Below are positions 31,528 to 44,248 of a stretch of 64,000 nucleotides of DNA, one piece after another. The stretch is from contig CM120640.1 in assembly GCA_051362555.1 (NCBI GenBank), forward strand, positions 61,110,788 to 61,174,787. The letters run 5' to 3'. The position numbers were made by a program, and so were the translations under genes. Position 1 is the first letter of the stretch. Each line of letters starts with the position of its first letter. Under the pieces are notes generated by a model. It was not told the DNA's origin. It did not search any database and worked only from the letters and a program-made list of their open reading frames with translations. The DNA is from Lingula anatina (lineage: Eukaryota > Animalia > Brachiopoda).

Positions 31528-32131
31528 GTCTTATTAATTAAATAATAAGACTGTTAACATGCCTAAGAATTGAATTTGAGGAAATGTGAAAAAACAGCAT
31601 GACTTCTAAAACAATGGCACGATTATACTCATTTTCAAACTCAACCTGCATTTTAGTAAGATTGACCACTCCTGTGAGTTTAATGACAATTGGTCTATAT
31701 GTTTTTCTTTTATTGTGTTTACAGTGTTGCATATATGCTAAAAAGTGAAAAAACAGCATAACTACTAAAATAATGGCCCGATCATGCCGATTTTCGAATT
31801 TGACCTGCGTTTTAGTAAGATTGATTACTCCTGTGAGTTTCATGACAACAGGCCTATCGGTTTTCCTTAAAATGTGTTAACAGGGTTGCATATATGCTGA
31901 AGAGTGAAAAAACAGCATAACTTCTACAATAATGGCCCGATCATGCTGATTTTCGAACTTGACCTGCGTTTTATGAATATTCATCAGCTCTGTAAATATA
32001 AAGCCAAAAAGTAAAACTGCCCTCCACTTATCGTGTTAACAAGGAAAGTGCATAGCGCCGGCATCGGCATCGGCGACGACAGACGCAGGTGATGGCAATA
32101 TGTACAGACACATCTGTGTCTGTACATCAAA
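31528..32131 (-). mobile_element. Non-autonomous Helentron/DINE-like element with internal 159-bp tandem repeats
   Basis: Terminal hairpin TGTACAGACAC-ATCT-GTGTCTGTACA (32101-32126), adjacent GGCATC/GAC microsatellite, and about 3 tandem units (GTGAAAAAACAGCAT at 31586, 31745, 31904). Left boundary approximate. Confidence 0.65.
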
Positions 32132-33152
32132 ATTAAATACATATAAATAAATGTACATCCTGCATGACACTGATATAATAAATTTATTAGCAGAACTGAT
32201 CGATTCTTTATCTGTTTTTTGTAACTTAAAAATCAATAAGACATACAAAATGTGGAATTCTTTATTTTACAAAATAGCATTTGATAGGTACTTATAATGC
32301 CATCCAAAGTAAAATCTTTGGCCCTATTCACATCAAGCAGAAGTTTTCTGTATTGCACAAGTTTGACTGGCTCCAAAATGTAAGTACACTAGGGGAAATT
32401 TTATTCCCTTTCACAACACTCAAAAATAATCTGGTTAACTGACAGTACTGAATATGGGAGCCTTGTTAAGGTAACTCTCTAATAGCCAGGATTTGTTGTT
32501 CTCAATCTCTCAAACTGGTGCAGTACAGAAAACTGTACCATTCAAAGTCAAAAGGACTTAAGTTTTTTATTCTTTAAATGTTTTTCTAAATTCAGTTATG
32601 CACTGATTTTGATCAATATCTCTTCTATTCAAATTAGTTTTGCACCCCTAAAATGACTGCAGCTCTCATTATATTTGAATACGCTGTAAAAAGATCCAAA
32701 AACCATTAAGAAAGGTGTCAAACTAATATAATTCAAGACAGACAATGATCAGTCACCAAATGACTGAATTTAGAAAAACACTGCAAACCAAACTTGTTTT
32801 TTTTTTTTGGGGGGGGGATACTGCATATTATACAATATTATGCAATGTGTTTCACTTAGCACAAATTAAATCGGGAGATTAAACTGCATTTTCCAAAGAT
32901 ACATACAATCAGAACAAAAATTATAATAAATCATTTCATTGTTAAATGAAACAACCGACTGGAGTAGGTATAAAATAGCCACCGAATAGTGGTAAAACTC
33001 CACATCATATTTTTACACATTAATTTACTAGTTAAAAAGTCAAATGGTTCAAACAATTGTGCATAACTGAAAACTGCTAACGTAAATTAAAAGAGGAAAA
33101 AGTGCTCATCTAAAATGCTTTTTACATAGCAACGGGATTCCTTGAAAGTTAC

Positions 33153-34200
33153 CTATTTCTGTTCCACCCAGTGCACGAGCCTTTTCCTCTCGAACCTCAA
33201 GATGGGTGCAGCAGTTTCCTTCTGGCAGATGGTTCAATTCAAAGATAAATCGGGTTGATCAAGCCACTTCGCCAATCTCTTTCAACAGTCTTGGTTAAGA
33301 TGTTTGCTGCTGTAACGAAAAGGCGACATGACACAAGTTAAAATAAGAATTAAACGTACTTTGTAACTTGCGGTTAAGTCTTTCCCCGACATCTTGAATT
33401 CCTCGACCCTCTTCCTTGCAAATTTGGTCTTTCTTCCTCCATCATCTTCGCCCCACCCTTGCTTTTTCTTATCCACTATCCAATCTTAACACCAAAACAT
33501 CATATTTACAAAACACTTACTTTAAATTTCCTACCATAAACATAGACTGAAGATGTAAAAATAACTCTACGGTTACTATTTTTACCCTCCAGTAGAATCT
33601 ACCTTCTAAATATCCACCAAGTTGAGCTATTTTTGGGACGGAAAACACGATGATGGTGGTTCTTATCGCGCTGAGTAAGCGATATCCATCCGCATGTGAC
33701 GAGTTTTTTGGACATATTTGCAGTGAAATTGCTTCGGCAAATGGTTTACGAAACAAGTATTCTGCAATAAGGCAGAAAATGACCCTGGACTTATTGGTTA
33801 ACGAGAGTATAATATTTAATTGGGATTACTTTATGCACTTTCTCGGAAGGATCTCGCACTTTGCAAGCGGCAAAAGGGTATGCAAATGATTGATTTGCGT
33901 CATTGTCGCAATGGTAGCAGGCATCGTTTCCTGGCAAGAAATTTAAAGTGTTACGTGGCAAGTCAGTACAGGCAACCTGGAAAACACAGTCGAATTAAAT
34001 TTTACACAACCCACATAAATTGCAACACTGTCATTGCCCCATTAACAGTACAACGCATGGTTCGCACATTTTGCCCAAGTCGCTGACGGTTTTAGAAACA
34101 TGGGGAAATTCCTTGACTGACGTCATCAGTAAGCGACAGGGTGACATCTAACGGGAAAAGCACGATTTAAAACGTCAGGTCATATTCATAAACGACTGCT
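33153..34200 (-). promoter_or_regulatory. Putative MEF2 promoter and non-coding first exon(s)
   Basis: Locally CpG-richer island. Minus-strand donors AG|GTAAC (33152) and AA|GTAAG (33520). Palindromic CRE TGACGTCA at 34118-34125 and MEF2-like CTATTTTTGG at 33627-33636. TSS cannot be located from sequence. Confidence 0.4.
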
Positions 34201-34805
34201 AAAACTATGCTAGTTAAGGTGATATCTTGTATTTAACAGAATACTGCAAGGAATATTGGACCATGTAACATTACCAAAGTGAAAGTTTTGATTCATCCAG
34301 TTATAGATACTGAAACATAATTCAAACATAAGATCCAGTAAATATAAAAAAATCATTATCTTAACATGTTGCACTAATATTTTTAAACAATACCTTTCAC
34401 TGGAAATGAAATTACTATTTTTAAATCAATATTAGGTGTGGAGGAATGTAGTCTTATTGGACTTGGAGCAAAGTATAGATTCTAAAAAAAAAAAATACTG
34501 ATTAAAAAAAAAAACTAAATGCAAATTGCGGAAGAGGCTTGATTACAAAGGGTTATGATAATCATAAGAAATTATAGCGAAATGATAGCTATGATCTTAA
34601 GGTTTGATCATATCAACAAAATAGACCTATACAAAGCCTTAGGCCTATACAGTCAATCGCTGCATGCAGGATATCAAATCTTTTTCAATTTTTTCTTATT
34701 CGCTAGTGTGATTTGGGTTCAGTCAATTCAGAAATTTCAAAGGTTCTTTCGTCCTAATTAAAGTTTTTTTTTTTTGGTCTGAGATTTGGACTCTTTTACA
34801 ATTTT

Positions 34806-37800
34806 TTTTTATTATGGAAAAAAATAATAATAAGTAAATAAATAAACACAAATAGAGTATATATATATGTTCCTTTCATACACGCACACATACCCACGTA
34901 CGCACAACACTCATACTTGGTCACTGCTAATATGTATATTATCCTTGCATTACACAGTTGTGTTTACAAAAATAGACTAATTAGTTGTCTGTCCATTTCA
35001 CTCAAATATAGTAACTTCATCTCTAAGTGCCTGCTGATTAACAAAACAAAATTAAATAAAATATAATAGAAAACTTAAACCCAAAAGATAAAGAAAGGGA
35101 TGCTACTGCTATTCCCCTTCAACAAAAAGTGGTAACCATTGTGCAACAAAGTTGTCATATGTGCAAGATCCATGACGCAAAGCAATATTTTTTTCAACAT
35201 GATACATAAATTTTATGTAACCCAAAAGACCTTGAAAGCTTGGGGTCTTTTTTTGTTTCAGGCACTTGTAAATATATAGTTTTCCAAACATAATAAGTAA
35301 ATTAAAAATTTTACTTTCCGTTGTGCATTTTATTCCAAACAAGATTTTATAGTCATCGAGATCCAAATTGACATTAGTTTTTTCGAGTATATGGTCTTGA
35401 AACTTATTCCAAAGAGGACGCACACTATTACATTGTATAAACACATGAAGGAGATCTTCACGGTCTCTTTTACAAAAGCCACATATGTCATTATCCTGAA
35501 TGCCAATCTTTTTCAAATAAGCACCCAAAGGGAGTATCCTATGTATTATTCTAAACTGAAGCCATTGTAACGTTGTATCTCGAGAAGTTCTAAAACAAGT
35601 CTCAAAAATTTCTTCCGTTTTTAAGCGAGCGTCCCCGTTATTGAATAGTTTTTGGTTCCATGTACAGACACCAGTGGGAATAATATTTTTCTTATTTAGG
35701 ACATTATATACATATCTGTTTCCTTTTTCATTTAGCATAAGCCCCTTGAAATGAAACGGGTAGTAAGGGGTGACTGTAATAGCCACCTTTTCCTTATCAA
35801 ATTGTCTTAGAAAAACCTTAACTACACTGTACATGCTATTAAACTGCATAGTTTGGACTCTCAAATTGAATTTTTGTTCAAGCACATTCTTTTTCATTAA
35901 ATTTCCCTGATTGTCCAACATATCTCCAAGAACTTTTATTCCTTGTTTGTACCAGGAAGGGATAAACACCGAAGCGTTGTTAATCTTAATTTCAGTATTG
36001 TACCAAAGAGGTATTGCGCCTGGGTCACTTGCCCATTTCCTTAACATTTGGATTTTCATAAAGTAAGCCCAAGCTATCAGAGTATCCTGCCAAAATTTGT
36101 TTTGGATACGTTCTGCTAACTTCCTGACATAATCATCACCAAAGTCGAGCAGGTTCTGGATTAACTTTTTTCCTAATATGGATTCTAATATATTAGTCCA
36201 AATCTGTTTCCTAGTAATTAGTCTTTTCAACCAAGAACATTTTAATGATGTAATAAAACATTTTATTTCAATCATTTCAATCATTTTGAGAGGCTACGTC
36301 CCTTTTAATTCTATCACATTTTGACCCCCATACAAAATTATAAAACTCAGTCTCAAGCGATTTAATAAATCCGTTGTTTGGGTTGGGTAGGGAGATAAAT
36401 AGATGGGTAAGTTTGGAAATTAATAACGATTTTACAATCGTGGTTTTACCTATTGGGCTAAGGATGCGTTTTTTCCATTGTTTAATCTGACTTTGTACTT
36501 TTGTCATTTGCTTTTGATAATTCAGATCAATCACGTCACTTAACTCTACTGAAAAAGTTATGCCTAACAGCTCAAATATTTGTACCCCCCAATAGAGTTT
36601 CCATCTGGAATGATGGTACACATCTTTACTATATTTTTTGGAACCTATCCATATTACTTTAGTTTTTGAGGCATTGATGTGTAGTCCAGATAATTTTGCA
36701 AAGTATTCAAGGGTTTCCAGGGAATTGAATAAAGATTCTTTCGATCCATCTAATGTAAGTGAAGTGTCATCTGCATATTGTAAAATCTTATTCTCGATTC
36801 CATTAATTGTTATTCCTTTTATAAATGTGTTGCTCTTTATCAGTATTGACAGCATTTCAGCACTCAATATAAATAAATAAGGGGCTACTGGGTCACCTTG
36901 TCGACAACCTCTTTGGATAGAAAACGGTTTCGACAGGAAACCACATTGTAGAACGGATGCTGTAATGTTAGTGTTTAGTATGTTTACCCATGTTATTAGA
37001 TTTCTGCCAAAGCCGAAGATGTTAAGAACTTTATGGATGAAGGACCAAGCTAAGGAATCAAAAGCTTTTTCGAAGTCAATCAACATTAGAAGGCCAGGAA
37101 TCTGTCTATTCTCAGTATAGTCCATCAGATCATATATTGCTCGTATGTTATCACCCAAGTATCTACCGGGTATGAAACCCGACTGCGATGGAGGTATGAG
37201 AGAATTCAGAGTGCGTTTTATTCGTCCACAGATACATCCAGAAATAATCTTATAAAATACATTCAGGAGTGTAATCGGCCTCCAGTTTTTCATGTCTTTT
37301 CTTGATTTTTCTCCTTTTGGGAGACATACAATGATTCCGAGTCTTTGTGAGATAGGCAACATTTTTTTAAAAAAAATATCATTTATAGCTCTTCTGATAA
37401 AGTACTTGAGATCATTCCAAAAAAATTTGTAGAACTCGGCTGAAAAGCCATCACTTCCTGGGGACTTGTTATTCTTCATTGATTTAATAACACTTAGGAT
37501 TTCAGTTAATGTAAATTCTTGATCTAATTCGTGAGCAGTAACATTGTCCAATTTATTAAAGGAATACGGTTCTAGTACATTACTGAGGTCTACGTCATCT
37601 ATTTCATTTTCTTTGCTTGAATACAAATTTTCATAGAAAAGCTTCACCTCCTTAAGGATTTCTGACTGTTCGTAGACTGTTCCTTTTCCATCTATATCTA
37701 GCACCTGAATAGTTTTATTCAGAAAGTTTCTGGACTCTAAACCACAAAAATATTGCGTCGGTTTCTCCCCCTCGTCAACCCATTGTGCGCGTGATCTTAT

Positions 37801-38664
37801 CATGCTTCCCCGTAGTTTCTCTTTCCTTAATGTTTCTAGTGATTGTATTTTTTCTTCCAAGATGCCATTATGTACTAAATTTCCTGCGTCATTGTCATCT
37901 TTAAGTTTTTGTATCTCATCAATAAGTTCCTTTTCCTTCTTATTCTTATCTTTTTTCTTAGCACTTGCATGTGATATAGTTACCCCCCTTATTTCCATTA
38001 GTAGTACTTCCAAAAATAGGCTATCGGATATGGATAATTGCAGGTCTTCTTCTGGAATACAATCAATTATGGATACTTTATACAAGATATTGGCATATTG
38101 ATTTTTTATTCTTTTAATGGTTAGTTTTACTTTGTCAACAAACTCTCTGTCGGTTAGAAGAGAACAATTGAATTTCCACAGACCGGGTCCCCTAACGAAA
38201 TCATTAAATTTTAATTCTAAGACAACTGACGAGTGATCTGATTTGTAACCCGCTTTAATTGAGATATCCGTGACAAGATTTGAGAGGTTATTTGATATTA
38301 GTATATAATCAAGCCTACCATGTTTAACTGGGTTCTTTTTGTGCCATGTGTATGCTCTTTTGGAAGGATTTATAACTCTGTAGTAATCTACCAGATCCAA
38401 TTCATCCATAGTTTCAATTAATTTTTTTCTAGCTCTTGGGTTATTATTCCTATTGTAATTTAAAGTATCTAAAATTGGATCCATTGCGATATTAAGATCT
38501 CCACACACTATAATGTTTGTATTTGCAAATTCAAGTATGGATTCCCTAACCTTATCAAAGAATTCTGGATAATCCTCATTTGGACCATAAATGTTTAATA
38601 GCGTGACTCGACAGTCATTAATAGTTAAGTCTACAACGAGTAAGTTACCTTTATCATCTTGTGT
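34806..38664 (-). mobile_element. 5'-truncated non-LTR retrotransposon (L1/Tx1 clade), ORF2 only
   Basis: APE endonuclease remnant (NIYGPN, GDLN, RLDY, SDH), RT motifs (KSPGSDG, WRPITLLN, DFEKAFD, GCRQGDP, YADD), C-terminal CCHC (CGFC..HVFIQC), 3'UTR and A-tail at about 34802-34810. Candidate 12-bp TSD TTTTACAATTTT at 34794-34805 and 38665-38676. Confidence 0.93.
35109..38664 (-). pseudogene. LINE ORF2 (endonuclease-reverse transcriptase), N-terminally truncated and split by a frameshift near 36280
   Basis: The 743-aa and 391-aa ORFs of the track are consecutive parts of one ORF2. The frame stays open upstream of 38508 to the truncation point, with no ORF1. Confidence 0.88.
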
Positions 38665-38858
38665 TTTTACAATTTTACTACTACCTTTGCTACGGAGTTT
38701 TTAGGTTTGAACGTGCGATATTTTAATAGCATATTTAAGTAGCATTATCTTGCCCTACGGCCACACCGCACTTGCAACCAGTCGTCTGCTCGTAAATGTT
38801 GTAGTTTTATGCAAGAAGTTGTCTTTACAACTTCTTGTTTTATGTGAACGATTAAAAA

Positions 38859-39162
38859 CAGGGGCGGATCCAGGATTATTTGAAGGGGGGTGGGGTCCGC
38901 AGATGCCATGCCTCCCCCCCCCTCCCCCCCCCCCCCCTCCCCCCCCCCCCCCCCCCCCCCCCCATTGGGGTGGGGTTCGGGGCCCGCTGAAGGGTCCCGA
39001 AAATGTTTGGTATTTTAGAAGGCGAACGGTGCCATTTGGTATAGTTTAGAACTATGATTCAGCTAATTAAAATTCCAATTTTAAGAGGGTACCAGTTGTG
39101 TAATTTTTTAAAAGAAATCGAAGGCACCCCCCCCCCCTAAATCCGCCCGAAATCCGCCACTG
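38859..39162. mobile_element. MITE with CAG(G/T)GGCGGAT termini and internal poly-C tract
   Basis: CAGGGGCGGATCC ... AAATCCGCCACTG inverted ends. The C-run at 38911-38963 explains the poly-Pro ORF. Confidence 0.7.
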
Positions 39163-41472
39163 AAAAAGCATGTATTTTATATCTTCCATTCTTTGGCACT
39201 GATTGGTAGGGCTAAGAGGTTCTTGAGTATTTCTTTGCAAGGGGTTAGCGGCTGGTTGACAGTACGTGCTAATGTACTTGTAGCCTTTCATAACTTTTTT
39301 TAAAATTTGGAACGGGGTGGCAAACGACGCTATTCATCAAGCCAGATTTGATATAATTATAATAATTCATCAAAAAACTGCAACCCTAAGGTTGATTTTT
39401 TGCAATAAATGGATATAAACACATCAAAATGCATAAAACCTGATATCAAGCTATAGAAATAACGAGTTTATAACAGCTAAAAGCATTTGGGATAAATATC
39501 TGAAAGGAATGTAAAGTGTGTCGTTGAACAGTGTCCTTTGCTACGCCTTTTTTATTTATTTATTTATTTTTTATTTTACATCAACCCAGGGTAGCAGAGA
39601 AAAGGACAGGGTGAAGAAGCACCATTCGAGTTTTTATTAATTTTTGCAAATAAAAAACACCATGTATGACAGAAAAAAACGTGAATATAGCACGAATATT
39701 CTACTATTTTACATGCATTTTGATTGAAATGCGATCGGAGCACCTGGCTTGAAGAGACTGATGATCAGGTTGCGTAGGTTGTTTACTGGTATTAGCTTTG
39801 CTAATTTTCCTTTGAATGATAGAAATAAACTAATAAAAATTCTGCACGAAATTTGTCATATCAAAAATCAGCACCGCTAAACCGTTCAATAAAAAAATTA
39901 CAAGCTGACCCTCCGCTTTGTTTTGAAACAGCCCAGGCGTTTTTTCTGTCATGTTCCAAATTGCCTTTTCATTCCATTCTGTGGATTTTTAAATTAAATC
40001 ACCCGAAATGTGTAGGCCTATCTTTCTCCCCTCCTCCATGGTTTCGGGTTTATCAAGGATGAATGCTAACAAAAATGAAGTCCCCGGGAAGAACGGTTAT
40101 CATTCTGTTGTTCAATTTTAATTTTATTGAATTATTTTAATTAATAGTTTTTAAAAATCCCCCATTTTGGATCTTTGGAGGGAGTATTCTGAAAATGACT
40201 TCATATTTAAAGATTTAAAAGAACAAGAATTATTCTGAATATGGCGATTTTTGAAAGCGATTTCCTGAAAGTAAGCGGTTACCTTAAACAAGGAATTACA
40301 ACAGAAACTGTTGAAACTCCTTGGTTTAAAAGATAACGACCATCTATTTCTATTTTAAATGAAAAGGATCTTGCATGTGCATCAAATAAATACCTCGTAC
40401 ATGTAGTGTATAGGGGGGCTAAAAATAAGATAATGGACGCGTATTTGTTTTACGTACCAACCTTTGTTTCACTCTTGGACCAATCATACCTGTACACTGT
40501 AAAATCAGTGTTTAGCTCCTAAACACATTTCTAAGCGCCTGTTTTGTCTCACTTTTTCGACGCGTTTAGCTCCTAACATGCTTAGCTCCTTAACATGTTA
40601 CACGCTTGTGTTTAGCAGTATGACGCGTTTGACGGCTTATAAATGTAGGGTGTATTTGTTTCACTTTTGGGTTTCAACTGTTTTGGTCGCACGCACAAAC
40701 ACACACGAACTCACGGTCACCTTTAACTGCTATAGTTATTTCTTTCTATAACAGGGTACCGTGAACTGTCAACATCGTTGACTTCCCACTATCATCTTTA
40801 CAGCTGGACTTATTCATCCTTGTGTTAGCTGACCTTGCGAGGAAGTTTATTGGAATGTATTTCTGAAAAGCAGGATAGGAAAATTCACTAGTTCACTAAA
40901 GGCACGAAACAACTATCATTTTTACTTTAAAACACCTTTCTCCATATTTTGATAAAATGAGTTACGGTATTGATATCTATTTATTTTTTCCGGAAGTAAT
41001 GAACAATAGAACATCAGGATGATGGTGGGGTATTCATTATCATACTTTATTTAAGCTTTCATCACATGCTGGTTATTTCGGTACCGATAGTCCGAATATT
41101 CTACAATTCGCACCTCTCTAGTCGCCGACTAACCCCAAGCCCATTTTGGAATTAACCGCTAACTGTAGTTCAAACAGCATAAGACATGTTTTGGTTATTT
41201 ATATAAAAAAATGTTTTCAAAACATTATATAATGTTTTTCCAGAATGTTATAAACACGCTGATAAAACTCCACAAAATGACGTTACATGTATCATAAAAT
41301 TTTGTAGAAACGGTCTTCGAATCTTTTTACAAATTATAACGTTACTGTACATCATTTTGCATGGAGTTAAAACACCCATAACGTTACCATAATGTTCTTC
41401 TATACCATTACCAGCATGTAACCATCTGATAACGTCGTGAAAACGTTATTTGTTATTTGGATTATTATTTAA

Positions 41473-41832
41473 AGGTACATATGAACCGAGCATCGGTGGA
41501 GCGTGGGTTGCCAGTAACACATATAAACCACTTCTACTAGATTCTTGTACGACTCAAATAAAGGGACAAACTGAATAAATCACTCGATCAGCCATAAAAG
41601 AGCTTTAGACTGCTCTTTAAATTTTTGGTCAGAAATTTAACCTACTTATGTGACCTACTTTTCTGCCCCATGTATATACAGGATAGTAAGCTAACAGAAA
41701 AATCCATTCAAATATCATTTTTCGGGTAATATTAATCAATGCCTTCTGGCAATTTTCTTAATTATACTTTTTGAAACTATATACTGGTATTTGGTTGGTT
41801 TTTGAGCAAAAAAATTGATTTTGTATGCATCT
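41473..41832. mobile_element. TTAA-flanked Kolobok-like element, copy 2 (nested)
   Basis: Aligns along its length with 1896-2266. TTAA at 41469-41472 and 41833-41836. Confidence 0.8.
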
Positions 41833-42082
41833 TTAATAGGCCTATTTTAAATAAGCACGCGTTACTGCAAGGAAGGACACAAAGCGTTCGAGCAGACTGC
41901 TCCACGCCTTCAACAGCTCCACACGTTTACAAGGGGAAGTGTTAAGCCAAATTGTTGAGCCTTGTAATAAACTTATGGGACCGGTGAAACTAATCACATA
42001 GTTAAAATTGCGACATTCTAAGAATGTTAAACATTTTTATTTCTTCTGAAAGAAGCTTGAAAAGCTAAACTTGTTGTTCAGC

Positions 42083-42223
42083 TACCCTCTACCAGGGCGA
42101 CAGATTGATTTTTCACAGATATTCACAGATATGTCTCTAGATAAATACATGTAGATAGTCATTTTGATCTGATGTCGCCTCAGCAAAAAATGTCCCCAAG
42201 AACTGCGGCCTTGGTAGAGGGTA
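42083..42223. mobile_element. MITE with 9-bp TSD (MULE- or AcademH-like); related copy at about 42538-42673
   Basis: TIR TACCCTCTACCA / TGGTAGAGGGTA. TTGTTCAGC duplicated at 42074-42082 and 42224-42232. Confidence 0.75.
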
Positions 42224-42710
42224 TTGTTCAGCAGCTCCACGCGTTTAGGAATTCCACACCTATAGCAGCTCCATGTGTTTAGCAGCCTCACGCGCTTAGC
42301 AGGGGAAGTGCTTTGCCAATGTGCTTAGCTTGTGATAGACTTATTATAGATCCATATACCGGTGAAGCTAAGCACATAGCTAAACGTGTAACACTGCCAA
42401 CGTGTCTAGCATTTTCTTCTGTGAAACGCTTGAAAAGCTATACGTGCTTAGCTTTTACACATATTTCTAAATGCGTATAGGTGCTTAACGTATGTTGTAT
42501 GTATTTAAATGCTAAGCACTGTTTTTACAGTGTATGATAACCTACACCAGGAGCACAGATTGATTTCTTAAATAAACTAGACATTCACAAATATGTCTCT
42601 ATGCTAATTCATTACAGGATTCTCACTCTGAAGAAAATGCACATAATTAATCTGCGCCCTTGGCAGAAGGGTATGTATATTAGTATTACGCAAAATTTCC
42701 ACTCATTTTG

Positions 42711-42875
42711 TAGGGGCTGATTGGTCGTCTTCAGGGTCTTCCGGGAGACGGTCAGATTTTCAAACTTACATTGATGGGTATGTAATTTTTTCTGTCTGAA
42801 GACGGTCAAAAATGGAGGATGGATCAACAAAGATAGTTTGGAAGACTGTGAGAAAATATCTCTGGATCCGCACCT
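42711..42875. mobile_element. MITE-like repeat, copy of 1178-1333 retaining the 3' end
   Basis: Direct similarity to 1178-1333. Ends CTGGATCCGCACCT. Confidence 0.7.
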
Positions 42876-44248
42876 TTATAATAATTTGGTTGCCATATCT
42901 GACAAGTTGTCATAATACGACAAAAACAAAACATAGGGAGAGGGGTATCATTTTGATATGTCATTTGATTATTCAAGTTGAAATACCTCAAACGCTAAGT
43001 ATTGTCGTTCTCCGTCGCAGGTTTTATACACACCCACGAGAGTATCATTTGTGAAATAACTTCTACAAAATATATTGTCAGCGTTCAAAATGTCATTAAA
43101 ATTTTGGAGAACGTTGGGGCTAAAGTGTTTTACACTAGAATGGAAGCTATCATTCGACCACTTAGTCAAAGGTCTGCTTCATGGCTGCGCAGCGTCCCCG
43201 TCGCGATGCACCGTGGAAAATTACTGGAAATGTTTCACCTGTACAAGTGATTTTGCAATACATCATACCGCTTATATGTCCCCCAAGGTGAGATCCACAC
43301 TACTCCAAAAACACCAGGAGGTATTTACCATTTTTATAATGTTCAAGATTGTGCTAACAAAACTGTACATCATCTGAAAAAATGTACAGAAAATTTAGGG
43401 AGCACACTTCCAAGTTAAAACATCATAATGCTGGGGACAGCTGAAACAAAATGCCCTTTTTCAGCAAAACATTTAATTAGTAAGGTCTGTTTTCTTTTTG
43501 AAGACTTAATAGGCAATATTATTCTTTGATAAAATTAACATATTTATTAAACCAATCTGTACATAAATATTAAATGAAAATACAAAAGAAGTTTACTATA
43601 ACTTGTAATGTATCTAACATGGACAAAGTTACAATTAAATCAAAGGCAAAATTATCAACACAGCTACCAATATTTAACCGAAGGGTTTCTGTACATATCA
43701 AGTTTTTCCTTCTCTAATTTTATTATCAATGCAATGAAACTATTAAATTTATGCAACTTAAAAATGGGTAGCAAACAGAAACAAGAACTCAAATAATAAA
43801 AATTCATAAATGCCATTTGTTTCAACATACATTATAATTTTATCAAAATTTCTTTTAACAAAATTGCATAAGTCTTTGAATCAGCTATTACATCTAAAAC
43901 TACACAAAATAAACATTTGCCCTTTCTGTGAAAAGAAATAAACCACTGAAACAAATCTGAGAACTAAGTAACATGAGTAACTGACATTTCCGTTTTATTA
44001 CTCAAGCAAGTTTTCAATTGAACTTTTATTAATCCACAACTTATGATAAAAATTCAACTTGTAAAGGAAGCACTTTTCAAGGACTCTAAATTCTAAAGCA
44101 CAAGAGGTCTTCCATTCTTCTTCTGTTGATCCGTGCTCACTACCATAAATTTTAAGGAGTCAGGAAGACAGCTGTAAATTTGAGACGCAGTTCAAAATAT
44201 AATATGATTCTATATGAGAGCAAAATTATATCTATAGCCTAATAATGG

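Larger units (their letters stand above)
40495..42532. mobile_element. CACTG-ended non-autonomous element (EnSpm/CMC-like, TA duplication) containing nested MITEs
   Basis: TIR CACTGTAAAATCAGTGTTTAGC / GCTAAGCACTGTTTTTACAGTG flanked by TA. Subterminal TTAGC/CAGCTCC repeats. Diverged internal duplication of about 160 bp (about 41913-42067 vs 42283-42440). Confidence 0.75.

Noticed and set aside
31538-31843. 101-aa ORF with an internal repeat
   Set aside because: It reflects the 159-bp (multiple of 3) tandem unit of a non-autonomous element.
38750-39049. 99-aa poly-proline ORF
   Set aside because: It is the translation of the poly-C tract inside a MITE.
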